Shown in pieces: positions 9,163-18,494 of a DNA stretch of 64,000 nucleotides. Source of the DNA: Candidatus Omnitrophota bacterium (GTDB lineage: Bacteria; Omnitrophota; Gorgyraeia; Zapsychrales; JANLHA01); NCBI GenBank assembly GCA_963662715.1, contig OY759724.1, positions 986,662 to 1,050,661 of the forward strand, written 5' to 3'. The stretch's first letter is position 1. Every line of letters begins with the position of its first letter. The notes under the pieces were generated by a model. It saw only the letters and a program-made list of their open reading frames with translations, ran no database searches and was not told the DNA's origin. A program made the translations under genes and the position numbers.

Positions 9163-10188
9163 GTGAAAGATCATATTTCTTTAAAACACATACAAGCCCT
9201 TCTGGAGAACCGGGACCCGCTGACGACAGAAAAACTGGCGCGCCAGGCCGCGGTTTTGACACAACAGTATTTCGGACGGACAGTTTCCCTGTACGCTCCC
9301 TTATACCTGTCCAACTACTGCAGCAGTTATTGCACGTACTGCGGATTTAACAGCCGCCAACGCATCCGACGGATAAAGTTAACCCCCGGCGAAATCCAGA
9401 GTGAGATGCAAAAAGTGGCGGACACCGGGATAGAAAACATCCTGCTTTTAACCGGGGAGTCTTATCAAGCGACCCCTCTTTCATACCTGCTCCGGGCTGT
9501 CGAAATCGCCGGACAGCATTTCACCGGCATCTGTCTGGAAGTGCATCCTATGGACACAGAGGATTATCACACCCTCTATCTCCATGGTGTGGACGCCATC
9601 ACACTTTATCAGGAAACCTACGACCGGAAACGCTACCAATCGGTCCACCTGTCCGGGAAAAAAAAGGATTATGATTACCGGTATACGGCTATTGAAAGAA
9701 TTGCCCAAGCCGGCATGCGTTATATATCCATGGGAATCCTGCTGGGACTCGGAGATGTGGCGGAAGATTTATATTCGCTTTTCCGGCATCTGAGATGGAT
9801 GGAGAAAGCATACCCGGCGGTGGAATACAGTCTTTCCTTCCCCCGCTTAAGGCAAATCAGGGGCCAGGAGTTCTGCTCCGGCACCGTTGATGACATCACC
9901 TTCACAAAGATCATCTGCTTGACGAGGCTCCTTTTCCCCCGCGTGGGGATAAACCTATCAACCCGCGAATCCCCGCGTCTCCGCGATCACCTGATTGAAT
10001 GCGGGGTCACGCGGTTATCCGCCGGCTCGAACACGGCTGTCGGAGGATACTCCGTTTTTGAACAGCCTTCGCAAGACCCGCAGTTTGACATACAAGACAA
10101 ACGGGCGGTCCAGGAAATCGTCCGCACCCTTAAAAGCAAAAACTTTGATCCGGTCTTCACGGACTGGCGCCCCATAAAAAACACCTGA
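9163..10188 (+). CDS. thiH: 2-iminoacetate synthase (tyrosine lyase), radical SAM
   Basis: It has a CSSYCTYCGF radical-SAM cysteine triad and is the ThiH size (341 aa), following thiG. Confidence 0.9.
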   Translation: MKDHISLKHIQALLENRDPLTTEKLARQAAVLTQQYFGRTVSLYAPLYLSNYCSSYCTYCGFNSRQRIRRIKLTPGEIQSEMQKVADTGIENILLLTGESYQATPLSYLLRAVEIAGQHFTGICLEVHPMDTEDYHTLYLHGVDAITLYQETYDRKRYQSVHLSGKKKDYDYRYTAIERIAQAGMRYISMGILLGLGDVAEDLYSLFRHLRWMEKAYPAVEYSLSFPRLRQIRGQEFCSGTVDDITFTKIICLTRLLFPRVGINLSTRESPRLRDHLIECGVTRLSAGSNTAVGGYSVFEQPSQDPQFDIQDKRAVQEIVRTLKSKNFDPVFTDWRPIKNT

Positions 10189-10366
10189 AGTCCGCCGGCA
10201 GAAAACCTTATAAAGTCCGGGCGCGGCTGATGGCTCTCCGGATGTTTTTTATCATAAAATATGTTATACTTTCACAAAAGTCTATATAATATAAGCTGTT
10301 AGATCAAAATATTCACCAATGCCGCCGGCTCTTACAATGCGGTGAAAATCCATGAAGGAGTGAATC

Positions 10367-10609
10367 ATGCGAGCAGAAAATTCACATGCTTTAGAAAGAT
10401 TAAGCATCTTTTGCCATTTTACCGGAATTTTCTCTGTATTCATCGGCCTGTCATTGACTTTTTTTGATGCTTTAAACCGGGATATGGGCCACATTCAAAT
10501 CAGTCTCTACGTCGTTATTACCGGATACTCCTTTGTCAAGATCGCCAAACGCATATCACAAATATTGATGATCGAAAACCACCCCTCCAGCAACAAGGTA
10601 AGACTTTAA
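10367..10609 (+). CDS. Hypothetical small membrane protein (80 aa, 2 predicted TM) between thiH and thiF
   Basis: A strong RBS, GAAGGAG, lies 6 nt before the ATG at 10367. There are two hydrophobic segments and no recognisable family. Confidence 0.45.
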   Translation: MRAENSHALERLSIFCHFTGIFSVFIGLSLTFFDALNRDMGHIQISLYVVITGYSFVKIAKRISQILMIENHPSSNKVRL

Positions 10610-10676
10610 CAAGTCCCCTGATTGTGCTATCATTTCTATACTTCAGATACTGCGGAAAAACTTTCGTTTAATTTCT

Positions 10677-11309
10677 ATGAACCCATTTGAAAACAATCTT
10701 TTAAAATATTTCAAGCCCGAACAGCTGCAAAAAATTCAGTCCAAAAAAATTGGTATCGGAGGCGCCGGAGGTCTGGGATCGAATGTGGCGGTCATTTTGG
10801 CGCGTTGCGGATTCAGAAATTTCGAGATACTGGATGATGACACCGTTGATCATTCCAATCTGAACCGTCAATTCTATTTTCTGGATGAGGTGGGAAAAAG
10901 CAAGGTGACCACTTTGCGCAACCGCCTTTTAAAAATCAACCCTGATTGCGCCGTTCATATTTTTCCTGTTCATTGGTCGGAGGAAACCGGAGACCAATTC
11001 TTTCACGCGTGTGATTTCATTGTTGAAGCCTTTGATGAAGCCGAAACGAAACATAAATTCGTGTCGTTTTACCAGCCCCGGGCCCCTCATATCATCAGCG
11101 GGACAGGAATGGCAGGACTTATGCAGAAAAAGCCTTTAACTCATAAAAAACTTGCTAATATTCACCTGGTCGGGGATTTCACAACAGACACCGCTGAAGG
11201 CCACCCGCCGCTGGCCCCCCGGGTCACGGCCTGTGCTGCGATGATGGCCGAAATCATCCTGGACCTGACCTGCGGCGTCCCTCCCTTATACCCCCAGAAG
11301 CGCTCTTAA
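10677..11309 (+). CDS. thiF: ThiF/MoeB-family adenylyltransferase (ThiS-activating E1-like)
   Basis: The Rossmann motif GIGGAGGLGSNVAVILARCG and its position in the thi cluster support the call. Confidence 0.85.
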   Translation: MNPFENNLLKYFKPEQLQKIQSKKIGIGGAGGLGSNVAVILARCGFRNFEILDDDTVDHSNLNRQFYFLDEVGKSKVTTLRNRLLKINPDCAVHIFPVHWSEETGDQFFHACDFIVEAFDEAETKHKFVSFYQPRAPHIISGTGMAGLMQKKPLTHKKLANIHLVGDFTTDTAEGHPPLAPRVTACAAMMAEIILDLTCGVPPLYPQKRS

Positions 11310-12218
11310 GGTCGTCCTGGCTGTTTCCATAATCCCTTTGGATTTCGTGCGGAGGTTGTCATATTCGTTGCTGAACACAATATATTGTTCTTCGAACTTT
11401 TTATTGCTGACGCTGTCTTTCTTTTTCGGTTCTTTGATCTCCCGCCATAATAACGAAAGCATGCGTTCAATTCTTTCTATCTGGTCAATACATCCTCTGT
11501 AATGCCTGAATGACTTATCGTCGGACAAACTTCCCAGAGCAGAGACGGATATATTGTATTTCCATTTTCCTTCATTAAAATCCCAGCATTTGACGAGAAA
11601 ATTGAGTGTTTGTTCATAGGCAAAGTTGCGGTTTTTTAATAAGAGCTCCCGAAGGACAGAGGCCTTGAAATTAAGAAATTCTGACCTCGGCCGATGCAGG
11701 GGCAACAGCTTTACGCTTTGTGAAATCTCAGGCAGCCAGTTGGCCAAAAGAGGATAGGTCCCGTACGTATCCACCAGACTTTTGGCGCTGAATTTGTCTC
11801 CCGTGCCAAAGTCCCCGATGGCAATATCAACACTGTTGGTCTCAATAAATTTTCCGAGATTGTCATAGAATTCGACATCCTCGTTAACATAATCAAGATC
11901 CCCGGGCAATTGAATAATGCGCTCGGTTTCCGGATAATGATCCAGCACATACCCCCAGCCCGCAAGCCAGGTCTGGCAGGTGTCAACGGACCAGGTTTCA
12001 ATCACCTCAAGGGTGTCGTAGCGCGCATCCTTCAAAAAGGAAGCCGCATCGCCCTTGAGGACGGTTGTCCTGGGCAGCATAACGATCGGCTTAGGATCAA
12101 TCTGCTTGCACCTGTCCACCGTCCACCAAAAGTACCACTGGCACTGCTCGTTGTGCTCATACCCCAGGTAAGGAAATATAATAACTGGTTTGGAACGAAT
12201 ATATTTATCTTTGATCAT
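11286..12218 (-). CDS. Hypothetical protein (310 aa), possibly a GT-A-like nucleotide-sugar dependent enzyme; function unknown
   Basis: It is a long clean ORF with Trp-rich motifs (WYFWWT, WLAGWGY) and acidic D-x-D-like segments. I recognise no confident family. It has its own promoter region downstream of the GPH transporter. Confidence 0.55.
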   Translation of the reverse strand: MIKDKYIRSKPVIIFPYLGYEHNEQCQWYFWWTVDRCKQIDPKPIVMLPRTTVLKGDAASFLKDARYDTLEVIETWSVDTCQTWLAGWGYVLDHYPETERIIQLPGDLDYVNEDVEFYDNLGKFIETNSVDIAIGDFGTGDKFSAKSLVDTYGTYPLLANWLPEISQSVKLLPLHRPRSEFLNFKASVLRELLLKNRNFAYEQTLNFLVKCWDFNEGKWKYNISVSALGSLSDDKSFRHYRGCIDQIERIERMLSLLWREIKEPKKKDSVSNKKFEEQYIVFSNEYDNLRTKSKGIMETARTTLRALLGV

Positions 12219-12384
12219 CTCTTTTTCTATGGCTCCTTAGCGTTATTTTGTGTTAAAGGGACACAATTATGCCTTGTGTCCCCTCATATTTAAGCACACG
12301 CAAAGATTAATTTCAATTTATTTAAAAATATTATAAGCTGTTTCTTTGACGGACTTATTGCTTTTTTGTGAATTATCTGTGAAT

Positions 12385-12427
12385 TATAAAAAACACCCGA
12401 GCATCTATCCACTCGGGTGTTTTTTAT
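12385..12427. terminator. Bidirectional Rho-independent terminator
   Basis: A 9-bp stem (ACACCCGAG / CTCGGGTGT) is flanked by an A-run upstream and a T-run downstream. It lies just 3-prime of the minus-strand MFS gene. Confidence 0.55.
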
Positions 12428-12446
12428 AATGAGCGAACTTTTATTG

Positions 12447-14204
12447 TTATACTTTACCTCTTCGTGCTTCCAATTTAATGCGAACATCATGGGCATCCTG
12501 CTCGGTAAACTTAATAGAAGCAATAACCACGATGGCAATGACAGAGGCTACAATTGGAATGGAAACATCAAATATTCTCATCCACAGTAACGTATCCAAG
12601 GATTGGCCGATGCCTTTTCCTTGATCAAACCCTGTCCAAGCGAGCATGGCCCCACCGAGAAGCCCTGCAAGGGCCAGCCCCATCTTGACCATCCACCAAT
12701 AGACCGCGGTGAACATTCCTTCACGGCGTTCGCCGGTTTCAAGTTCATCAATGTCACAGATATCCGCGAGCATCGAAAGAAAGATGGTGAAAATTGATCC
12801 CAGTCCGAAGACAATGAACGGTGCGCATAGTAAAAGCAAATAGTGGGATTTCGCCAGGAACCAGCAAACCTTTACAAAGCTAATAAAACCAACCCCGCTG
12901 AGCATCTGCCACAACTCACTGTCTGCCGGATGAACTTGCAGGTACGCGGGCCATTTCATAGCAAAACCGATGATAGAGAGAGGGATGGCAATAAAAAAGG
13001 CATTCCGTTTTCCCAGCTTTTTGCTGAGCCATACAATTCTTGGGATGATAATCGTTGTACAGATGGCGCTAAAGGTCCCATAGACACCCAGCAATTTCCC
13101 GCCCGCGGAATATGCCAGGCCCGTATCCGGAGCATTCTTGAAAACATGAAAGAAAATAACCCAAAGAATAAAAGTGGAACTGAGCATAAAACCGTTAAAA
13201 ATCAAGAATGTGCCCGTACAAATTTTAACAAACAGCTTAATCTTGAATGTAAGGGCGATGTTATCAAATAATTTTTTCAATACCGGGTGGGCATAAAGTA
13301 ACATGTAAACACCTGCGAACACTCCCCCGCCTAAGAGAATAGCTGCAATTCTTACAGGTAAGGTAAACCAAGGATATTTTTCCGGACTAACATAAAAGGA
13401 GAAGAAAAAGGCAAGGACACCACAAATACCATAGAGCTTCGAAAGGAACTTCGCGCTATTGTGAGATTTTAAATTTTTAACATAATCCCCGGTTATTTTT
13501 TGCGGTTTGGGGAGGTTGGCGAAATGTTCCTTATTAAAAATAGCCGGAAGGATACCGCCGGCTATGATGATAAGCCCGATAATGATAGAAACGATTCGTG
13601 CTCCCAGAACGGGGTCGGCCTCTCCCGTTTCAGGATTTGGAAACCAATTTTTGTTATACAGTATCGCCCAGCACCAGGGAGAAATGAGCCAAGGGATTTG
13701 GGCCATAACCCTGCTCCACCCTTGCAAGGCTGTCCGTTCATGATAATCCGGGGTCAATTCATAACCCAAGGCGAGCCAAGGGATGGAAAAGCAGGTAAAC
13801 GCACCGAAAAAGACAACTTGTAAAATCAGAAAATACCAGCCATTGAATGTTTTGCTGTTTTCCGGGTAAAGCTGGAACATGAGGAAGTAGCAGATCCCTG
13901 CGCAGATGGCGCCCCAAAAGATAAAAGGTTTGCGGCGCCCGTATTTTGTGCGTGCATTATCCGAGCTAAAACCGATAATAGGATCTAAAATGCCGTCAAA
14001 AACACGGGGGACAAATCCGATTAAACCGACTATCGCGGGATTTAAACCTAAGCCGAGAATTAAAATCGCGACCATTTGGCCGATCCATGCCGCCTGACTG
14101 TCATTGGCCATTGATCCCATGCTGTATGCAAATTTTTGCAATAAAGGAATACGATCTTCCTTTGCTGTTACATGGTGGGTTGTCTTGTTTGCTGCAGATG
14201 CCAT
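12447..14204 (-). CDS. MFS transporter, glycoside-pentoside-hexuronide (GPH)/MelB-like cation symporter
   Basis: The 585-aa product has 12 or more TM helices. The GPH-like N-terminal motif DRIPLLQKFAYSMGSMAND is present. Confidence 0.8.
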   Translation of the reverse strand: MASAANKTTHHVTAKEDRIPLLQKFAYSMGSMANDSQAAWIGQMVAILILGLGLNPAIVGLIGFVPRVFDGILDPIIGFSSDNARTKYGRRKPFIFWGAICAGICYFLMFQLYPENSKTFNGWYFLILQVVFFGAFTCFSIPWLALGYELTPDYHERTALQGWSRVMAQIPWLISPWCWAILYNKNWFPNPETGEADPVLGARIVSIIIGLIIIAGGILPAIFNKEHFANLPKPQKITGDYVKNLKSHNSAKFLSKLYGICGVLAFFFSFYVSPEKYPWFTLPVRIAAILLGGGVFAGVYMLLYAHPVLKKLFDNIALTFKIKLFVKICTGTFLIFNGFMLSSTFILWVIFFHVFKNAPDTGLAYSAGGKLLGVYGTFSAICTTIIIPRIVWLSKKLGKRNAFFIAIPLSIIGFAMKWPAYLQVHPADSELWQMLSGVGFISFVKVCWFLAKSHYLLLLCAPFIVFGLGSIFTIFLSMLADICDIDELETGERREGMFTAVYWWMVKMGLALAGLLGGAMLAWTGFDQGKGIGQSLDTLLWMRIFDVSIPIVASVIAIVVIASIKFTEQDAHDVRIKLEARRGKV

Positions 14205-14555
14205 GAATGACCTCCCTGTGAATTTTAAGCTGCAAAGGGGTTAAATTTTTTATTGTAAATCTATAAATAATAGAATATTAAAGAGTAAATGACTGGAAAG
14301 TCTGTATTATAACAAACGAAGTCAATGTGCACAATATTATTTTTGGGATTTAAGTTAATCTGGAACAATAAGTTATATGCGATTCCCCGACAAGAAGCGA
14401 TCTCACCCATAATTCACAATAATGACAGGGGAAGGGAATGCCGGAGGGGCAGAATTTCAGCAGCCATAGGGCCGCGGATGGACGGGCAAAGCTGCGTTTC
14501 TCGGAGGCTGCCGCTTACTATAACGGTGTGCGGCAAGGAATCTCGGATCTTCCGG

Positions 14556-15257
14556 TTAGTTATGAGGAGGCAGCCGGGATTTCCTGTAGAGATAGATCAT
14601 AAAGAAAGCGCCGATCACATAAACCATGACAAAAGCAAATATCGACGGGTTTTCCTGCAGGTATAAAGAAAGCTTGGCAGGATTGAGAATCGTATCCATG
14701 CCCAAGGCAATAAAGAATTGAATGACGAATATTCTTAAAGGCGATCCAATAGCCGCAATTGTTAAATATCTTCTTAATGAAATCCTGGTTAGTCCGAAGC
14801 CGAGATCCTGAAATCGAAAAGGGACAATCGGAAAAAAACGCAAAAAGAATATGCTCCAGAAACTTCTCTCGGCGATCGCACGATCGATCTGTTGCATTTT
14901 ATGCGGCAGCTTGGCCGCGATAAAATCCCGGCCGAAGTGACGACTGAGAGAAAACATCACGCAGGCATTCCCCATCTCACCAAACCAAACAATAACGGTG
15001 CTGAGATACGGGCCGTAAAGAAACGCCGCGACAACCCGCAAGACGTCCTTCGGTCCGAACCAGACCAGAAAGGTCAATCCGACATACAATAGGACAAAAA
15101 TAACGGCGGAAACAAGTAAGGGGAAACCCTTCAGATAGTTCAGAAAAGTCTCTTGTTCAAAGTGAAAGTAGCGGCTAAGAATGACGAAACAGAAAACAAG
15201 GACGAGATAGAGAATGAAGCGGAAGTCATGTTTCTTCCCAGACACGTGGTTATTCAT
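14556..15257 (-). CDS. TVP38/TMEM64 (DedA/SNARE-associated, VTT domain) family membrane protein
   Basis: The VTT-like motif FFLRFFPIVPFRFQDLGFGLT is present. It is an integral membrane protein immediately downstream of mnmG. Confidence 0.8.
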   Translation of the reverse strand: MNNHVSGKKHDFRFILYLVLVFCFVILSRYFHFEQETFLNYLKGFPLLVSAVIFVLLYVGLTFLVWFGPKDVLRVVAAFLYGPYLSTVIVWFGEMGNACVMFSLSRHFGRDFIAAKLPHKMQQIDRAIAERSFWSIFFLRFFPIVPFRFQDLGFGLTRISLRRYLTIAAIGSPLRIFVIQFFIALGMDTILNPAKLSLYLQENPSIFAFVMVYVIGAFFMIYLYRKSRLPPHN

Positions 15258-15265
15258 AAGGCCGT

Positions 15266-17152
15266 CTAGTCTCGGGTACGTTCCAGACTTGATTTTCTTA
15301 AATAGATCATCAGTATGGAAATTGCCGCAGGAGTAACACCGGAAATACGATGGGCCTGGCCCAGCGTCAACGGCTGAAAGGCCTTAAGTTTCTGCTGTAT
15401 CTCTATGGAAAGGCCCGGGATCCGGCTGTAATCGATATCCTCCGGGATTTTAATATTCTCAATATGGCGGAACTTTTCGACATCTTTTAACTGCCGTTTA
15501 ATAAATCCTTCGTATTTTATCTCGTATTCAACCTGTTCAATGATGGAAGCCGCGTGATTCTTTAAATTACCGTCAAACGGAGCAATCATCGGGTACGATA
15601 TCTCCGGACGTTTCAACAACAGGCTTAAAGCCGTCGGCTGCCGCAAAGGGCTGCTGTTATGTCTTTTTAAAACCTCATCAATGTCCGTGCCCGGACTAAC
15701 AACCGTTGCGTTCAAGTGGGATATTTCTTTTTCGATCAATTCATATTTCCTGAGCATGGCCTGGTAAAGCTCCTCGGGAATAAGCCCAAGGTCAAAGCCG
15801 TATTTCATGAGACGCTTATCCGCATTATCCTCCCTGATAATAAGGCGGTATTCCACCCGGGAGGTAAACATCCGATACGGCTCTTCCGTCCCTTTTGTCG
15901 TTAAATCATCAATCAGCACCCCGATATACGATTCATCCCGGCCAAGAATGAGCGGCTGTTTATCCTTGATGAAACAAGCCGCGTTGATGCCGGCAAGAAT
16001 CCCTTGCGCGGCCGCTTCTTCATATCCGGTCGTACCGTTGATCTGACCGGTTAAATAAAGGCCCTGAATCTTTTTTGTTTCTAAACTGGGCTTCAATTCT
16101 GTCGGATGAATAACGCCGTGCTCAATAGAATAACCGTAACGGTTAATCTTAACTTTCTCCAGACCCGGGATAGAATGAACAAAGGCCTCCTGCACCTCCG
16201 CCGGAAGCCCGGTAGAAATGCCGTTCGGATAGTATTCATCCGTATCCAGGCCTTCCGGCTCTAGGAAGACATGATGAGAAGATTTGTCGCCGAATTTTTT
16301 CAGTTTGTCTTCAATGGAAGGGCAGTAACGGACTCCGGTTGAGTGGATTTGCCCGGAATACATGGGCGATAAATGCATATTTTTCCGGATAATATCATGG
16401 GTCTTCTCCAGCGTACGGGTGATATAGCACGGGAGCAGTTTCTGGCTGTCAGGGATGCACGCTGTACGGAAAGAAAACGGCAGGGGCGGATTGTCGGAAT
16501 GCTGGATCTCCAGCCGGGAGAAATCAATGGTCTTGCCGTCTAATCTGGGCGGCGTTCCGGTCTTGAACGACAGGATCTCAAATCCCAATTCAGACAAGCT
16601 TGCGGCCAGCCGGATAGAAGCAGGCTCGTCAATGCGTCCTCCGGGAACGATCTCGGGCCCGATATGAATCCTGCCGTTCAAAAATGTGCCGCTGGCAATA
16701 ATAAGCGTCCGGGTCCCGATCGTCAACCCTTTTTGTGTCCTGAGGCCGATAACCTTGTTTCCCTTAACCACGATCTCACAGGCCTCATCCTCCAGGACCG
16801 CGCATCTTTCCTGCGCCTGAACCACCCGCTGCATATATTCCCGATATCTCTTCCGGTCACTTTGGCAGCGGCTCGAACGCACCGCCTGGCCTTTGGAAGC
16901 ATTCAACCGCCTGAACTGAATACCGGTGCTGTCCGCCGCTAACCCCATTTCTCCCCCAAGGCAATCGATTTCCTTGACAAGCTGGCCTTTCCCCACCCCG
17001 CCGATAGCCGGGTTACAGCTCATCTGGCCGACCGAAAAGAACGACATCGTCACCAAAAGCGTCTCGCACCCCATGCGGCTCGCGGCCAAGGCAGCCTCTA
17101 CCCCGGCATGACCGCCGCCGATGACAATACATTGAAATTCCTGATCAAACAC
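15266..17152 (-). CDS. mnmG: tRNA uridine 5-carboxymethylaminomethyl modification enzyme MnmG (GidA)
   Basis: The FAD-binding motif IVIGGGHAGVEAA is present, with full-length GidA (628 aa). Confidence 0.95.
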   Translation of the reverse strand: MFDQEFQCIVIGGGHAGVEAALAASRMGCETLLVTMSFFSVGQMSCNPAIGGVGKGQLVKEIDCLGGEMGLAADSTGIQFRRLNASKGQAVRSSRCQSDRKRYREYMQRVVQAQERCAVLEDEACEIVVKGNKVIGLRTQKGLTIGTRTLIIASGTFLNGRIHIGPEIVPGGRIDEPASIRLAASLSELGFEILSFKTGTPPRLDGKTIDFSRLEIQHSDNPPLPFSFRTACIPDSQKLLPCYITRTLEKTHDIIRKNMHLSPMYSGQIHSTGVRYCPSIEDKLKKFGDKSSHHVFLEPEGLDTDEYYPNGISTGLPAEVQEAFVHSIPGLEKVKINRYGYSIEHGVIHPTELKPSLETKKIQGLYLTGQINGTTGYEEAAAQGILAGINAACFIKDKQPLILGRDESYIGVLIDDLTTKGTEEPYRMFTSRVEYRLIIREDNADKRLMKYGFDLGLIPEELYQAMLRKYELIEKEISHLNATVVSPGTDIDEVLKRHNSSPLRQPTALSLLLKRPEISYPMIAPFDGNLKNHAASIIEQVEYEIKYEGFIKRQLKDVEKFRHIENIKIPEDIDYSRIPGLSIEIQQKLKAFQPLTLGQAHRISGVTPAAISILMIYLRKSSLERTRD

Positions 17153-17172
17153 CCTTTACCTCTTTCGCCACA

Positions 17173-17346
17173 TTATGACTTTTTCATCGTCAACGCCAAA
17201 ACAGAATTAATGACCGCAAAAACAAAAGAGACAATTGCGATCATATTCAAATCTTCATATTGGAAATCCTTAACAGTCGTGGCAATAACAGCTAAAATCG
17301 TCACGGTCCACAAAAAGTACATAAATAACGTTATGACTCTTTGCAT
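17173..17346 (-). CDS. Candidate 57-aa membrane protein (not in ORF track)
   Basis: A reverse-strand ATG at 17346 is preceded by GAGGAAAAACT. The product MQRVITLFMYFLWTVTILAVIATTV... has two hydrophobic helices and lies 20 nt upstream of mnmG. Confidence 0.3.
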   Translation of the reverse strand: MQRVITLFMYFLWTVTILAVIATTVKDFQYEDLNMIAIVSFVFAVINSVLALTMKKS

Positions 17347-17478
17347 AGTTTTTCCTCTTTTTTCATTAAAGTATAGACTATTAAACTAACCCTAAATCAT
17401 TGATTTGTCAATATTTTCATGTCCCGGACATTCCCCAGCGTTGCCAGAGGGCGGGCAATATTGTGATTTTAAGTGGTG

Positions 17479-18483
17479 TTATTTTAATACTTTGCAGGAA
17501 TCGCGGACAACAAGCTGGGGCGTTAAGACCATTTGAACAGCGGATTTCTTTTTACCGGTCATAATATTATGTAAATATTTTACTGCATATTCGGCCATTT
17601 GAAATAAAGACTGCCGGATCGTTGTTAAGGCCACCGGACCATAAAGACTGGACGGATTATCGTCAAACCCGATCACGGATATATCCTGGGGCACTTTCAG
17701 GCCCCGCTCTTGAATAACATTAATCGCCTCCAGGGCCATATCATCGCTGGCGGCAAAGATAGCGGTCGGGGGTTGCGGCAGGGACAGAAAGGTTTCCGTC
17801 GCATTCCGCGCACTTCGGCGGGAATAATCCCCTTCGATGACATATTCTTCTTTCAAATCAACATTCTCTTTTTCCAGGCCCTGCTTAAAACCTTCAAATC
17901 GCTGGGCTCCGGCCTGGGTTTGAAGATTACCGGTCACTGTTGCAATGTGATGATGTCCAAGGCTGATTAAATAATCGGCTGCTATGCGTCCGCCGGCCAC
18001 GTTATCGATGCCGATATAATTGACATCCAGGTCATCAACAATATTGTTGATCACAAGACTTGGGATATTGGCCGCCAAAGCTTCTTCAATCTGCTTTCGG
18101 TTTTCAATAATATCAGCAAAAATAACACCGCCGACACTGTTGGTGTTGATAGGATTAAAACCATTGGTTATGTGGAAGACCAGGTCCAGACGCAATGTTT
18201 CACAGGCATGCCCCACCCCGCGAATGATCTCTATCGCGTAAAAAGAATAAAAAATGCCAGGGTATCCTGGCATAACTAATCCGATAGCATTGTTCGTCCC
18301 GCTGGCCAAACGCTGGGCGCTGACGTCCGGTTTGTATTTCAAAGCCGCAATCGCTTCTTCGACCTTCGCACGATTCTGAGGGCTTACAGTAGGGACATTA
18401 TTAATAACACGCGAGACCGTTGTGATGGACACTCTGGCTCGTCGGGCTACATCATCTATACTAACTTTACGTTTCCGGCTCAC
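17479..18483 (-). CDS. LacI-family transcriptional regulator
   Basis: An N-terminal HTH (VSIDDVARRARVSITTVSRVINN) is followed by a periplasmic-binding-protein-like sugar-binding core. Confidence 0.9.
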   Translation of the reverse strand: MSRKRKVSIDDVARRARVSITTVSRVINNVPTVSPQNRAKVEEAIAALKYKPDVSAQRLASGTNNAIGLVMPGYPGIFYSFYAIEIIRGVGHACETLRLDLVFHITNGFNPINTNSVGGVIFADIIENRKQIEEALAANIPSLVINNIVDDLDVNYIGIDNVAGGRIAADYLISLGHHHIATVTGNLQTQAGAQRFEGFKQGLEKENVDLKEEYVIEGDYSRRSARNATETFLSLPQPPTAIFAASDDMALEAINVIQERGLKVPQDISVIGFDDNPSSLYGPVALTTIRQSLFQMAEYAVKYLHNIMTGKKKSAVQMVLTPQLVVRDSCKVLK

Positions 18484-18494
18484 GTTATCCTATT

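Noticed and set aside
14325-14666. 113-aa plus-strand ORF between MFS and TVP38 genes
   Set aside because: It overlaps the TVP38 gene end on the opposite strand, has no RBS and is Arg-rich in the pattern typical of antisense frames.
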